Shown here: one piece after another, positions 25,447-34,750 of the stretch | Layout: each line of letters opens with the position of its first letter | How positions within the stretch are numbered: the first letter of the stretch is position 1 | Notes under the pieces: model-generated | Database searches by the model: none | What the model saw: the letters and a program-made list of their open reading frames with translations, nothing else | Told to the model about the DNA's origin: nothing | Program-made: the position numbers and the translations under genes | NCBI GenBank assembly: GCA_035247945.1 | Contig: DATFHX010000019.1 | Span: 3,808-67,807 of the forward strand | Direction of reading: 5' to 3' | Length of the DNA: 64,000 nt | From: Candidatus Saccharimonadales bacterium | GTDB taxonomy: Bacteria > Patescibacteriota > Saccharimonadia > Saccharimonadales > Saccharimonadaceae

Positions 25447-25522
25447 GGGGGCGTAGCTCATCGGTTAGAGCAGGCGGCTCATAACCACTTGGTAGTTGGT
25501 TCGATTCCAACCGCCCCCACCA
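25447..25522 (+). tRNA. tRNA with CAT anticodon, most likely tRNA-Ile2 (lysidine-modified)
   Basis: GGGGGCG/CGCCCCC acceptor. The anticodon arm AGGCGGCTCATAACCACTTGGT closely resembles the classical tRNA-Ile2 arm (AGGCGACUCAUAAUCGCUUGGU), with one C.A mismatch in the stem. TATAAT at 25431-25436. CCA encoded. Confidence 0.8.
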
Positions 25523-25538
25523 AATGAGCTTATAGTGA

Positions 25539-25566
25539 CGGCTGGAAACGTTTCCAGCCGCTTTTT
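25539..25566 (+). terminator. Rho-independent terminator after the tRNA
   Basis: cggctggaaa-cg-tttccagccg, followed by cttttt. Confidence 0.85.
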
Positions 25567-25580
25567 GTTGTGTTGATGCC

Positions 25581-25934
25581 TCAAGCAGCCTGCGCCCCGT
25601 GCATTGCTACACGTACGCGTTCTCGTCCTTGCCTATCTCTGCTTAGCTGCTCTGGAGATTTCCGCCCTACAGGTGGAAGTTCCGCTGAAAGAAGGTGGTT
25701 GTATGCCGCCTCAGGCTCTCTTGAAACGTCATAGCTGTCAAGGGCGATCTCTACGGGATCCTCCCGAGAGGCGGGTAGCTCATTAAGGCTCGCACCGTAC
25801 CGCGTGTCGAGTTCATAGGGAGGTGTCCCGAGGGCAAGTCGTGCAAGTTCATATGAGTAAATGCCAGAATCTACCATGCGTTCCAGTTTGCTATCATATT
25901 CCTCAGCTTCTCGCTGTTCACCCCTATATTCCAT
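25581..25934 (-). CDS. Hypothetical acidic protein (moderately GC-rich, orphan)
   Basis: ATG at 25934 (ORF open to 26000). No motif and no clear SD. Confidence 0.5.
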   Translation of the reverse strand: MEYRGEQREAEEYDSKLERMVDSGIYSYELARLALGTPPYELDTRYGASLNELPASREDPVEIALDSYDVSREPEAAYNHLLSAELPPVGRKSPEQLSRDRQGRERVRVAMHGAQAA

Positions 25935-26079
25935 GTCTTTTATTCTACCGCACACCCCTGTTAATCGCAAATAAATAGCGCCAACAAAATAGCCTCGCAC
26001 CTATTTTTGGCACGAGGCTATTTGGCACCTGTTTGTTTGATACTACTGTATCATCAAAGTGCTTGCGCTTGCAAGTAAA

Positions 26080-26289
26080 CTAGTCTTTTTTCTTGCTGAT
26101 AGTAAGGAAGCCGTTGCGTGGGTTTTCCTTAACAACGCGGTCTGCTGGTAGATCAGTTGGTTCACCCTTAGGGTTCTTCTCTACCTTGGCAAAAAAGTAG
26201 ATGGTCTGTGGTTTGCCGCCACGGAGTGTGACTTCGGTTTTGTGTAGGTAGTAAGTCACGCCTTTTGAATTAGTGTGTTTGTAAGCCAT
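26080..26289 (-). CDS. Small conserved basic protein, unknown function
   Basis: 69 aa, MAYKHTNSKGVTYYLHKTEVTLRGGKPQTIYFFAK... AGGAGGG SD upstream. Hairpin 25998-26034 downstream. Confidence 0.65.
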   Translation of the reverse strand: MAYKHTNSKGVTYYLHKTEVTLRGGKPQTIYFFAKVEKNPKGEPTDLPADRVVKENPRNGFLTISKKKD

Positions 26290-26364
26290 TTCGTTGTTAG
26301 CCCTCCTGTTAGCTTGGTGGTTACATTTGCTAGAGTACCGCCCTTTATGAACGGTGTCAACAGT

Positions 26365-26994
26365 TTACACGCCCCTGTAATGACGTTTTAATAATAGGTG
26401 AAGAATCCAAAGACTTATGAGACGTGCCAAAATCACAAGCACAATCACAGCACAGGCAAGCATTGACCACCCTGCAAAATCCGGGGACCACAGTGGCGCA
26501 TCATACTCATGACGGTAGAGATCTACCTTTGGAAGCGTAGCCGTATCAGAGGGGTTGCTCGAGGGCGGGTATTTCGAAAGCTCCTCAGTAAAACACTGTA
26601 CATAGGCCTGAGACCAGACCTCAAACTGCGGTCGGCATACTGCCTCGGCCTTCACATTAATATTGCCATTAGGGTTGTCGTCATTACTGGCCGCATCAAC
26701 TGCTTTTTGCGCATCTCTTCGATACTGATACTCAAGGTAGAAGGGACCCGTACTGGCATTAACATGCGAGAAAACATACCGTTGTAAGTCATACAACCTA
26801 CTTTGAAGCGCCGTCTCATCCCCCACCTTATCGGCAGAAAGTACAGCGTCACGGCGCTGTACCATACCAATGTTATTGAGGCGTAAAAAGGTAGCCGCCA
26901 CGAAGGCCATAAGTATCAAGACAACAATAAGCTGCCACGTTTTTACACGCTGCAACCGCTTGATGTTTTTATGGACACGACGTTTATCTGCCAA
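26365..26994 (-). CDS. Hypothetical protein with N- and C-terminal TM anchors
   Basis: 209 aa. TM near residues 20-40 and at the C-terminus. Confidence 0.65.
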   Translation of the reverse strand: MADKRRVHKNIKRLQRVKTWQLIVVLILMAFVAATFLRLNNIGMVQRRDAVLSADKVGDETALQSRLYDLQRYVFSHVNASTGPFYLEYQYRRDAQKAVDAASNDDNPNGNINVKAEAVCRPQFEVWSQAYVQCFTEELSKYPPSSNPSDTATLPKVDLYRHEYDAPLWSPDFAGWSMLACAVIVLVILARLISLWILHLLLKRHYRGV

Positions 26995-27045
26995 GCTCTA
27001 CCCACCTCTACTACTGCCCGTTATTATACCACGAGCAGCTACGGC

Positions 27046-28266
27046 TTAGCCACGACGGTACACAGCGAATTTGGCTACTAAAATGCCAAGACCTGCCACA
27101 GCACCTATAAAGAAGAAGTTACGAAGTCCTGCATGATCCCCTAGAAGTGAAACCATGCCATATGCTGCTGCCGCAGCTGCCACGCATCCAAGATTTAGGA
27201 ATACCTCTGTTACTCCAAGAAAGGTGATACGTCGTTCAATTCGATCCGCCGTGTCAAATAGGCCCTTGAAGTACGCCATTATATACCCTGTCGTTGCGGT
27301 TTCATTAGCTACGTTTACTGCCGCGGCATTCATTGAGGAAAATGTGAACGGTCGAGAAAGATGCACGATACTATTGGCGATCACACCTGCTTTTAGGAGT
27401 GTTCCTCCTTGGTTCTTATCGATCACCTTTCCAAAGACATAGGAGACGGCGAGTGCTGCAAAGAGCGAGATCGAAACGAGCACTCCCAGCTCAGCATATA
27501 CTTCGTTCGTAGATCCCACACCAAGCACCACAACAGCCACAAAGAGTGCCCATACTGTTCCGGATGTCGTAGCATCAAAGCCAACAGCGAATTCTGCAAT
27601 GAGCACTCGCACCGCCGAACGCCACGGAAAATCACGGAAATTGAGACGCTGTCCTGTCGCCAGTGGCTCTGCCGTTTTAAAGAGTGGAATAGAAGAAAGC
27701 AGGAAAAGCAGCGCAGCCGCCCACATGATGAACTGGGGGCCAAGCATGAACGCGAGAAGTCCGCCCAGAAATGGGCTTACGCCTTTTGCCGTCTTTTCAA
27801 ACATATTCATAACAGCGATTTCTTTACCAGCATGATCAACGCTTTTTACTTTTGAGAAATCAATCAAATAACAGAGGTCATAAAGCGTCACCGAGAGACC
27901 TTGAAGCACCATGGCGACAGCGAGGATAGGAAGCCCATATTGCGGTACAAGCGCAAAAGCCATAATCGACGGAATATAAAGAAGATTCGAAAGAAGGATA
28001 CCGTGCTTTGGACCAAAGCGTGCGGCATAGGCTGCCGCAGGAATCGCTACAAAAGACTTAAACAGAAAGAAGGCTCCCCAAAACGCAATGATAAACAAGA
28101 TAGAATAGCCGTTTTGGTATAGGAAAACTCCCATAAACGTTACAGAGATGTTAATCGCCAGCATACGCATGAGACGAGAGACGTAGAGCTCGGATACTTC
28201 AGAGAATGTCGCATAGCGCCAAAAATGACGTCTGAGCAAAAGCTTATGGAAAAATTCGCGGATCAT
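27046..28266 (-). CDS. MFS-type transporter
   Basis: 406 aa with about 12 hydrophobic helices. Confidence 0.75.
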   Translation of the reverse strand: MIREFFHKLLLRRHFWRYATFSEVSELYVSRLMRMLAINISVTFMGVFLYQNGYSILFIIAFWGAFFLFKSFVAIPAAAYAARFGPKHGILLSNLLYIPSIMAFALVPQYGLPILAVAMVLQGLSVTLYDLCYLIDFSKVKSVDHAGKEIAVMNMFEKTAKGVSPFLGGLLAFMLGPQFIMWAAALLFLLSSIPLFKTAEPLATGQRLNFRDFPWRSAVRVLIAEFAVGFDATTSGTVWALFVAVVVLGVGSTNEVYAELGVLVSISLFAALAVSYVFGKVIDKNQGGTLLKAGVIANSIVHLSRPFTFSSMNAAAVNVANETATTGYIMAYFKGLFDTADRIERRITFLGVTEVFLNLGCVAAAAAAYGMVSLLGDHAGLRNFFFIGAVAGLGILVAKFAVYRRG

Positions 28267-28336
28267 GTGTGTTTTACCTCTCTTTATCTGTAGTATAGCA
28301 TTTATGCTTACCCTTATAAAATGCTATACTATCCCT

Positions 28337-29587
28337 ATGAACATATACTTTGCAGGTATTGGGGGTGTTGGCATTGGTCCACTTGCGCAAATCGCACGCG
28401 ATGCTGGCAATAGCGTCCAGGGATCGGATCTTAGTGAAAGCCTTACGACCCACCGACTCATTCAGCAAGGTATTCCTGTCGATACAAACCAGGATGGTAC
28501 ATTTCTCCGTGCTTGCAATGACTCAACTCCTATTGACTGGTTCGTGTACTCGGCATCTCTTCCCGAGGATCATCCCGAGCTCGTTACTGCCCGTGCACTG
28601 GGTATAAAGACGAGCAAGCGCGATGCACTGCTTGCTCATATTATTAGTGCAAAGAAGCTTAAACTCATTGCTGTCGCTGGAACACACGGCAAGACCACAA
28701 CAACAGGAATGGCTGTCTGGGCGTTTAAGCAGCTTGGCATCCCCATTAGCTATTCGGTAGGCTCGACACTTAGTTTTGGCCCCAGTGGAGCTTTTGATCC
28801 AAAGAGCGAATACTTCATTTATGAATGTGACGAGTTTGATCGTAATTTCCTTCACTTTTTCCCTCATCTTTCGCTCATTACTTCTGTAGGATACGACCAT
28901 CCAGACGTCTACCCAACAGAGCAATCGTATATGCAGGCATTTCGACAATTCCTTGACCAATCCCAGCAGGTGATTATGTGGCAGCATGACGGCGATAGGA
29001 TTCAGGCTACCGAAAAAGATGGGTGGATTCTCCGTGAGACAGAGGTGCAGTCAATTACCCTCGCCGGAGAGCATAATCGCCGTAACGCAACGCTCGTCCT
29101 TAAAGGCCTCGAATACCTCCAGCTTACAGACGCCGAGAGCGCACGAAAGATCCTCGCGTCATTTCCGGGAACTGACCGACGCTTTGAAAAACTAGCCGAT
29201 CATCTCTATTCCGACTATGGCCACCATCCGTCTGAGATTGCAGCTACACTGCAGATGGCGCGGGAACTCTCCGACCACGTTGTTCTCGTCTACCAGCCAC
29301 ACCAAAATGTTCGCCAGCATGAGATCCGCGACCTCTATACGCACTGCTTTGAACTCGCCGAAACAATCTACTGGCTCCCTACCTATCTCTCGCGGGAAGA
29401 TCCCGCCCTACCAATTCTTACTCCTCAGCAACTTGCGATCAATGTAACGAACCGCGAAGCTATTCATTTTTCAGAAATGAACGATCGTCTCTGGAAAACT
29501 ATTCAGGATGCACGCGAAAACGGCAAACTTGTACTCCTTATGGGTGCAGGTAGTATCGATAGCTGGGCACGACGTGAGCTTTCCTAG
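28337..29587 (+). CDS. murC: UDP-N-acetylmuramate--L-alanine ligase (Mur ligase family)
   Basis: MNIYFAGIGGVGIGPLAQIARDAGNSVQGSDL, P-loop IAVAGTHGKTTTTGM, ECDEFDRNF, SVGYDHPDVY. ATG at 28337 within the ORF 28265..29587. Confidence 0.85.
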   Translation: MNIYFAGIGGVGIGPLAQIARDAGNSVQGSDLSESLTTHRLIQQGIPVDTNQDGTFLRACNDSTPIDWFVYSASLPEDHPELVTARALGIKTSKRDALLAHIISAKKLKLIAVAGTHGKTTTTGMAVWAFKQLGIPISYSVGSTLSFGPSGAFDPKSEYFIYECDEFDRNFLHFFPHLSLITSVGYDHPDVYPTEQSYMQAFRQFLDQSQQVIMWQHDGDRIQATEKDGWILRETEVQSITLAGEHNRRNATLVLKGLEYLQLTDAESARKILASFPGTDRRFEKLADHLYSDYGHHPSEIAATLQMARELSDHVVLVYQPHQNVRQHEIRDLYTHCFELAETIYWLPTYLSREDPALPILTPQQLAINVTNREAIHFSEMNDRLWKTIQDARENGKLVLLMGAGSIDSWARRELS

Positions 29588-29636
29588 AGAGGTTTTACAT
29601 TCTCTTTGAATAAAATACCACCTCTTCGGCGGTATT

Positions 29637-30290
29637 TTATTTTGGAGGAGTTGCTTTTACAAAGTAGGTCGGAAGTCCTTCGGCGGTAAAGCGTGTTTCA
29701 TAGGTTGTTTTATTCTTATAGAGCCCATTTAGGTCTGATTCATGCAGATCAAAACTCAGTTCTTCTATGCGCCAGCCTTCCCGTACCAGTTGCTCTAGAC
29801 TCCAAGTAAAGAGACTAGCTGCATCGGTCTTAAAGTAGAATGCTCCCTTTTTAGAAAGCAGCGATTGGTACATCGCAAGAAAGCCAGGGTGTGTTAGCCG
29901 CCGTTTGGCGCTTCGCTTCTTCGGAAATGGGTCTGGAAACGTTACCCAAATAGATTCGATAGAGCCTTCTTTTATAACTTCTGGCAGCTGGTCGGCTCGA
30001 GCGCGCATAAACTGAACGTTCGTAAGCCCCTCTTCCATTGCCTTCTTTGCTCCCGTTTGGAGACGGTCTGCTTTTACATCCACTGCGAGTATGCGCTGGG
30101 CATATTGAGCAGATGCAAGCGCTACGCCAAAAAGGCCGGTCCCAGCACCGATCTCAAGTACAGTCGGCGCTGGCTGGTCTGTCCATTCGTTAAGTTCAAA
30201 GCAGAGCGGGTTATTATGAAAGAGCGCAAACTTATAGAGTTTTCGCTTACGCGTAATAATAAAGTCCTGCGGATTGAGCTTTTCGCTCAT
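29637..30290 (-). CDS. trmB: tRNA (guanine-N7)-methyltransferase
   Basis: 217 aa. SAM site VLEIGAGTGLF and FPDPFPKKRSAKRRL motif. Confidence 0.9.
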   Translation of the reverse strand: MSEKLNPQDFIITRKRKLYKFALFHNNPLCFELNEWTDQPAPTVLEIGAGTGLFGVALASAQYAQRILAVDVKADRLQTGAKKAMEEGLTNVQFMRARADQLPEVIKEGSIESIWVTFPDPFPKKRSAKRRLTHPGFLAMYQSLLSKKGAFYFKTDAASLFTWSLEQLVREGWRIEELSFDLHESDLNGLYKNKTTYETRFTAEGLPTYFVKATPPK

Positions 30291-30847
30291 CGAAGACGCT
30301 CCTTGGTGCCATCTGAATGCACGGCATACAGCTGAGAAGGTGCATCGTCCGTCACCATTCCCCCATCGACATAAAAATCAACACTGTCTCCAAAGTAGTT
30401 CACTGCTTCTTGCATATCCTTAGCGGGACGAAGCCCTTCCGGATTAGCACTCGGTGCAATAAGGGGTCCGGTAAGCTGTAGAAGTTCACGAAGATGAGCG
30501 TCACCCGGGACACGGTATGCAAGCGTACTCCCACCACGAGTCAACCACTCGGGCGCTCCCTCGACAGGCAGAATAATACTCACCTTACCCGGCCACGATG
30601 CGTCGAGTACACTTGTCACTGCTTCGTTATACTTTGTTGGCAGGTCATCCACTGAGGCAATGAGAATAATTGGTGGTTTTGAAGGGGTGCGTCCCTTAAC
30701 TTCGTAGACGCGCTCGACAGCGTCTTGGTTATCTGCACTGGCAACAATGCCGTAAAGTGTATCCGTTCGAAGAACGCCAATACCGCCACTACGAAGTACA
30801 TTCACGATCGTGGCGTCAAACTGGTCAGTGTAAACAGTGGTCATCAC
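30287..30847 (-). CDS. L-threonylcarbamoyladenylate synthase (Sua5/YrdC/YwlC family)
   Basis: 186 aa. VLRTDTLYGIVASA and APSANPEG motifs. 4-nt overlap with trmB. Confidence 0.85.
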   Translation of the reverse strand: MMTTVYTDQFDATIVNVLRSGGIGVLRTDTLYGIVASADNQDAVERVYEVKGRTPSKPPIILIASVDDLPTKYNEAVTSVLDASWPGKVSIILPVEGAPEWLTRGGSTLAYRVPGDAHLRELLQLTGPLIAPSANPEGLRPAKDMQEAVNYFGDSVDFYVDGGMVTDDAPSQLYAVHSDGTKERLR

Positions 30848-30864
30848 ATGCTATACTACCACAT

Positions 30865-31764
30865 ATGGACCTAAATTCTTATCTTAAACATATCCAGGAG
30901 TTTCCTGGATGGCTAGTATCTCCCGCTGCTCACGGCGTTAGGGATGACTTATTCGCCATTATCGGTAATATTATCCTTGCGGTTATCCTACTCACGTTCG
31001 GCGCACTCCTGCTTCGTAAGATTGTACGAAAATCGATCCAGAAAGGCTACGAAAAGACGTGGCACCCAAAGGACATTGAGAAGCGACAACGCACCCTTGA
31101 AGCTCTGTTCGTTAATTTATGGAGGACGATTGTCATTACGATCATCGCCTATGCAATTATCCATATCATCTTCCCACTTGCCGACTTTGCGCCTCTCTTT
31201 GCCGGAGCTGGAATTGTTGGTGTTGCTCTTGGTTTTGGTGCTCAATCACTGGTTCGAGATTTTCTCTCTGGAATCTTTATTATCTCTGATAATCAATACC
31301 GCGTTGGTGATATTGTTGAAATCGAAGGCGCTGCCGGAACTGTCGAGCGAATCGGCATGCGCTCAACTGTCCTCCGTGACGCCGAAGGAAACGTTCACTA
31401 CTTCCCTAACGGCATGGTGCAGCACGTCATTAATAAGACAATGGGATATAGCAACGCCCGTTTTATGGTTGATGTGCATCCGTCAAGCGATATCGATACC
31501 GTTATTGAGATTATTAATGCAACCGGTGCTGAACTTGCTGGGGAGGATAAATGGAAGCGAAAAATACTGCAGGCTCCTGAGTTCGTCTCAGTAAGTGACT
31601 TCACTTCAACCAGTGTAACTCTCATTGTCTCGGGTAAAACGCAGCCATCAGATCAGTGGTCAGTTGCTGCCGAAATGCGTCGACGTCTCCTTGAGGCTTT
31701 TGAAAAGAACAAGATTAAGCTCGGTATGACAGCCCCACTTTTTCAACAGCCACCGAAGAAGTAG
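30865..31764 (+). CDS. mscS: Small-conductance mechanosensitive channel (MscS family)
   Basis: GAGIVGVALGFGAQSLVRDFLSGIFIISDNQYRVGDIVEI..AGTVERIGMRSTVLRD.EGNVHYFPNG. ATG at 30865 within the ORF 30757..31764. Confidence 0.88.
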   Translation: MDLNSYLKHIQEFPGWLVSPAAHGVRDDLFAIIGNIILAVILLTFGALLLRKIVRKSIQKGYEKTWHPKDIEKRQRTLEALFVNLWRTIVITIIAYAIIHIIFPLADFAPLFAGAGIVGVALGFGAQSLVRDFLSGIFIISDNQYRVGDIVEIEGAAGTVERIGMRSTVLRDAEGNVHYFPNGMVQHVINKTMGYSNARFMVDVHPSSDIDTVIEIINATGAELAGEDKWKRKILQAPEFVSVSDFTSTSVTLIVSGKTQPSDQWSVAAEMRRRLLEAFEKNKIKLGMTAPLFQQPPKK

Positions 31765-31770
31765 GCCCGC

Positions 31771-32133
31771 CTACTTAATATCGAGCGTATCATCGCTCAT
31801 TGCATCACCACCAAAGCTATCGATTGCGGTAGCTTTTTTGGCACGTTCATCGTAGAGCGACTGAAACTGGTCAAGGGCTTTCTTATCGATTGCGCCACTT
31901 GCTGAAAAACCATCAAACTGCTCGTTATCCTCCGCCTGCTTGCTAACCGAGGAATAGCCAGGACGACTCAGATCAAGCAGCGCCGCGCCACTACTGTAAT
32001 AAAGAGCCAGAGCAATTCCTACCATGGTAATGGCAATAATCGTTACCCCCGTTACCATAGTGGCGAGGCGATACCGCGCCCAAAGACCTACCTGCCGAGT
32101 TCTCGCCTCTTTTACAAGCTGTTCTTCGCTCAC
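31771..32133 (-). CDS. Hypothetical membrane-anchored protein
   Basis: 120 aa with one TM. 4-nt overlap with the upstream ORF. Confidence 0.6.
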   Translation of the reverse strand: MSEEQLVKEARTRQVGLWARYRLATMVTGVTIIAITMVGIALALYYSSGAALLDLSRPGYSSVSKQAEDNEQFDGFSASGAIDKKALDQFQSLYDERAKKATAIDSFGGDAMSDDTLDIK

Positions 32134-32663
32134 TGATTTTCTCCTAGGTAATTCTTTCTGAAATCGACAAAGGTATTTCTATACATGTCGATCGTTTTCG
32201 TGAGCGCGACTGTGCTGTCATGGAGTGTACTGCGTTTTGTACGTGCATCTTCAATCTGGGCGTAGAAACCCGTAGGATCGGTCGTACAGTCAATTTTAAT
32301 CGCAGCCGAGAGCGATTCTTCATACTGCTGGTAGTCTGCCCTAAAGGCCATGAGCTGCTGCTGATACTGGGCTGCATCAGCTACAAGATTGACACTGTTA
32401 AGGTTATTTAATGCCACACGACTATTAAAAGGAGACATAAGTTTTGTAAGAATCTGCTCATAAAGCTGGCCACGGTTCACGCGCAGGAGGGTGTCGGCTG
32501 TATGTAGCTGATTTAACCGTGATTTTACATCCACACAGTTAGTCCGAATGCGATCGAGTTGCCCACTATCTGGGGCCGAATCCTGAGCAAATGCCGTGTT
32601 GGCACTAAAAATACCGCCGGTTAGCAGTCCGCATAGCAAAAATAGCGCCAAGAGTCGTTTCAT
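32130..32663 (-). CDS. Hypothetical secreted protein
   Basis: 177 aa. Signal peptide MKRLLALFLLCGLLTGGIFSANTAFA. Confidence 0.65.
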   Translation of the reverse strand: MKRLLALFLLCGLLTGGIFSANTAFAQDSAPDSGQLDRIRTNCVDVKSRLNQLHTADTLLRVNRGQLYEQILTKLMSPFNSRVALNNLNSVNLVADAAQYQQQLMAFRADYQQYEESLSAAIKIDCTTDPTGFYAQIEDARTKRSTLHDSTVALTKTIDMYRNTFVDFRKNYLGENQ

Positions 32664-32688
32664 GCTCTTTTATTATGAAGATAAAGTG

Positions 32689-33489
32689 TTATTTGGTCAA
32701 ATGAATCCGACCGTTCGTTCGGGTAACCAGGCCGTCTCGAAGAAGCCCTAAAAGAGCCGGCTCGAAGCGCTCATCCGCGCTGAGTTGCCTTTTGAGCTGC
32801 ATCTCTGTCATAGATGTCTCGGTTAACTGCCGTATAATCTGTCCACGAACTTCTCGCACACTCCCTTTTAGAGGAGATTGCTTTTTATAACCCCGGCTTA
32901 GCGCGTTGCGGCTTGCACCATGTCGTTTTAACCACGACCCATAATCCATAAGTGCCCAGTAGAAGGCGCGGGGGTGTTCGTGATCAATTGTTTCGACTAC
33001 CTTTGCAAGAATCTCTTTGTCATCGACCGTATCGTAGCCTTCAAAGAAATGCTGGAAGTATACAGTCCGTACATTCGTTTCTACAAATGGCTGCGCAGTA
33101 TTAAATGCGTAGGTCATAAGGGCACCGGCCGTTCCTTTGCCCACACCTGGAAGATCCAGCACCTGATCGTACTCGCTCGGAAAAATCCCCTGGTATTCAT
33201 AAACGATCTTTCGTGCTGATTCGTGTAAAAACTTCGCCCTTCGGTTATAGCCAAGTCCATTCCAAAGCGTCAACACCTCGGCAAGTGGAGCGTCGGCAAG
33301 GTGCCGTTCATCGGGAAATCGTTTAATAAATGCTTCAAACTTCGGAATCACCCGGTCAACCTGCGTTTGCTGCAACATAAGCTCACTTACGAGTACATAG
33401 TATGGTCTCGTATCGGTGCGCCAAGGCATCTCTCGGTATAGCTCATCGCCCTTTTGCCAGATGAGCTCTAAGAATTCTTCTCGTTTCAC
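32689..33489 (-). CDS. HhH-GPD base-excision glycosylase, MutY-like, without Fe-S cluster cysteines
   Basis: SELMLQQTQVDRVIPKFEAFIKRFPD, LWNGLGYNRRAKFLHESA, LDLPGVGKGTAGALM. No Cys where the C-x6-C-x2-C-x5-C loop normally sits. GTG at 33489 chosen because the ORF upstream of it overlaps the msrA promoter/start. Confidence 0.78.
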   Translation of the reverse strand: MKREEFLELIWQKGDELYREMPWRTDTRPYYVLVSELMLQQTQVDRVIPKFEAFIKRFPDERHLADAPLAEVLTLWNGLGYNRRAKFLHESARKIVYEYQGIFPSEYDQVLDLPGVGKGTAGALMTYAFNTAQPFVETNVRTVYFQHFFEGYDTVDDKEILAKVVETIDHEHPRAFYWALMDYGSWLKRHGASRNALSRGYKKQSPLKGSVREVRGQIIRQLTETSMTEMQLKRQLSADERFEPALLGLLRDGLVTRTNGRIHLTK

Positions 33490-33520
33490 TTTTTCTAGTA
33501 TAGCGGGGTATACTAGAAAT

Positions 33521-34051
33521 ATGACAGCCTTTGTACTTGGTGGTGGATGTTTCTGGTGTCTCGACGCGGTATTTCGTCGACTTAACGGGGTAAGTAAGTC
33601 TGAGTGTGGGTATGCGGGCGGCACCGTAGATCAGCCAAATTACTATGAAGTAGCCTCAGGTCGTACAGGTCATGCAGAAGTAGTTCGTGTTACTTTTGAT
33701 GAAACGAAACTTCCTGCAGAAACACTGCTTGAAATCTATTTTCTCATCCACGATCCGACGACACTAAACCGACAGGGTGCCGACATTGGACCACAGTATC
33801 GATCAATCATGCTCTATGAAGGTGAAGAACAGAAACAGCAGTTCGAAACAGCCCTCCGACATGCAAAAACCATCTGGGATAACCCTATTGTTACAGAGTT
33901 AAAGGCACTCGATACGTTTTATCTTGCGGAGCCAGAACACCAAGATTACTTTGCCAAAAACCCAGACGCAGGATACTGCTCGATCGTTATCGCTCCAAAG
34001 ATCACTAAAGCCCGCAGAGCATACACTAAATGGTTTAAGGAGGAACGCTAG
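33521..34051 (+). CDS. msrA: Peptide methionine (S)-sulfoxide reductase
   Basis: MTAFVLGGGCFWCLDAVF... is the GCFWC active site. ATG at 33521. Confidence 0.92.
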   Translation: MTAFVLGGGCFWCLDAVFRRLNGVSKSECGYAGGTVDQPNYYEVASGRTGHAEVVRVTFDETKLPAETLLEIYFLIHDPTTLNRQGADIGPQYRSIMLYEGEEQKQQFETALRHAKTIWDNPIVTELKALDTFYLAEPEHQDYFAKNPDAGYCSIVIAPKITKARRAYTKWFKEER

Positions 34052-34053
34052 AG

Positions 34054-34683
34054 ATGCAGCTTACCAAATTCAAGCACGCCTGTTTCACTGTAACAAAGGA
34101 TATTCACACGGTCGTAGTAGATCCGGGAGCTTTCAGTACTGATTTTGTCGCGCCGGACAATGTTGTTGCGGTTGTTATTACCCATGAGCATATGGACCAC
34201 CTCGACGAGAAGCATCTTGACGCACTTCTTGAACGAAGCCCTGAAATGGAAGTGGTAGCACATGAATCCATTACGAGTAAGCTTGTGAAGTTCCGTACAC
34301 GTACTGTCCGTGCCGGCGACACTCTTGATATTGCTGGTTTCAGTCTTCGTTTCACCGGTGGTGAGCATGCCACCATTCGTCCTGGTAGTGCACCGATTCC
34401 GAATCTTGGCGTCCAATTCGGAGACCTTCTCTATTACCCGGGCGATTCTTTCGCGCTACCAGAAGGTTCCGTTAAAGCGCTCGCCCTGCCCGCAGCTGCG
34501 CCCTGGATGAAACTGAGCGAGGCAATCGAGTTTATGGCCCAAGTACAGCCCGAGCTCGTATTCCCTACCCATGACGCTATCCTTTCAAGCGAAGGAAAGG
34601 GCATCTATGACACTAACTATGAAGCAGCAGCAACGCCTCTCGGTATTTCATACCAACGGCTTACGACACCAATTGAGCTATAA
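34054..34683 (+). CDS. MBL-fold metallo-hydrolase
   Basis: 209 aa. VVITHEHMDHLD (HxHxDH). Confidence 0.85.
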   Translation: MQLTKFKHACFTVTKDIHTVVVDPGAFSTDFVAPDNVVAVVITHEHMDHLDEKHLDALLERSPEMEVVAHESITSKLVKFRTRTVRAGDTLDIAGFSLRFTGGEHATIRPGSAPIPNLGVQFGDLLYYPGDSFALPEGSVKALALPAAAPWMKLSEAIEFMAQVQPELVFPTHDAILSSEGKGIYDTNYEAAATPLGISYQRLTTPIEL

Positions 34684-34685
34684 AA

Positions 34686-34718
34686 AGTAAAATACCCCTC
34701 CTAAAAGGGTATTTTACT
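34686..34718. terminator. Bidirectional terminator hairpin
   Basis: agtaaaataccc/gggtattttact between convergent genes. Confidence 0.7.
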
Positions 34719-34750
34719 GTAACTTTATAACGAGATACTGGATCTTGTTA

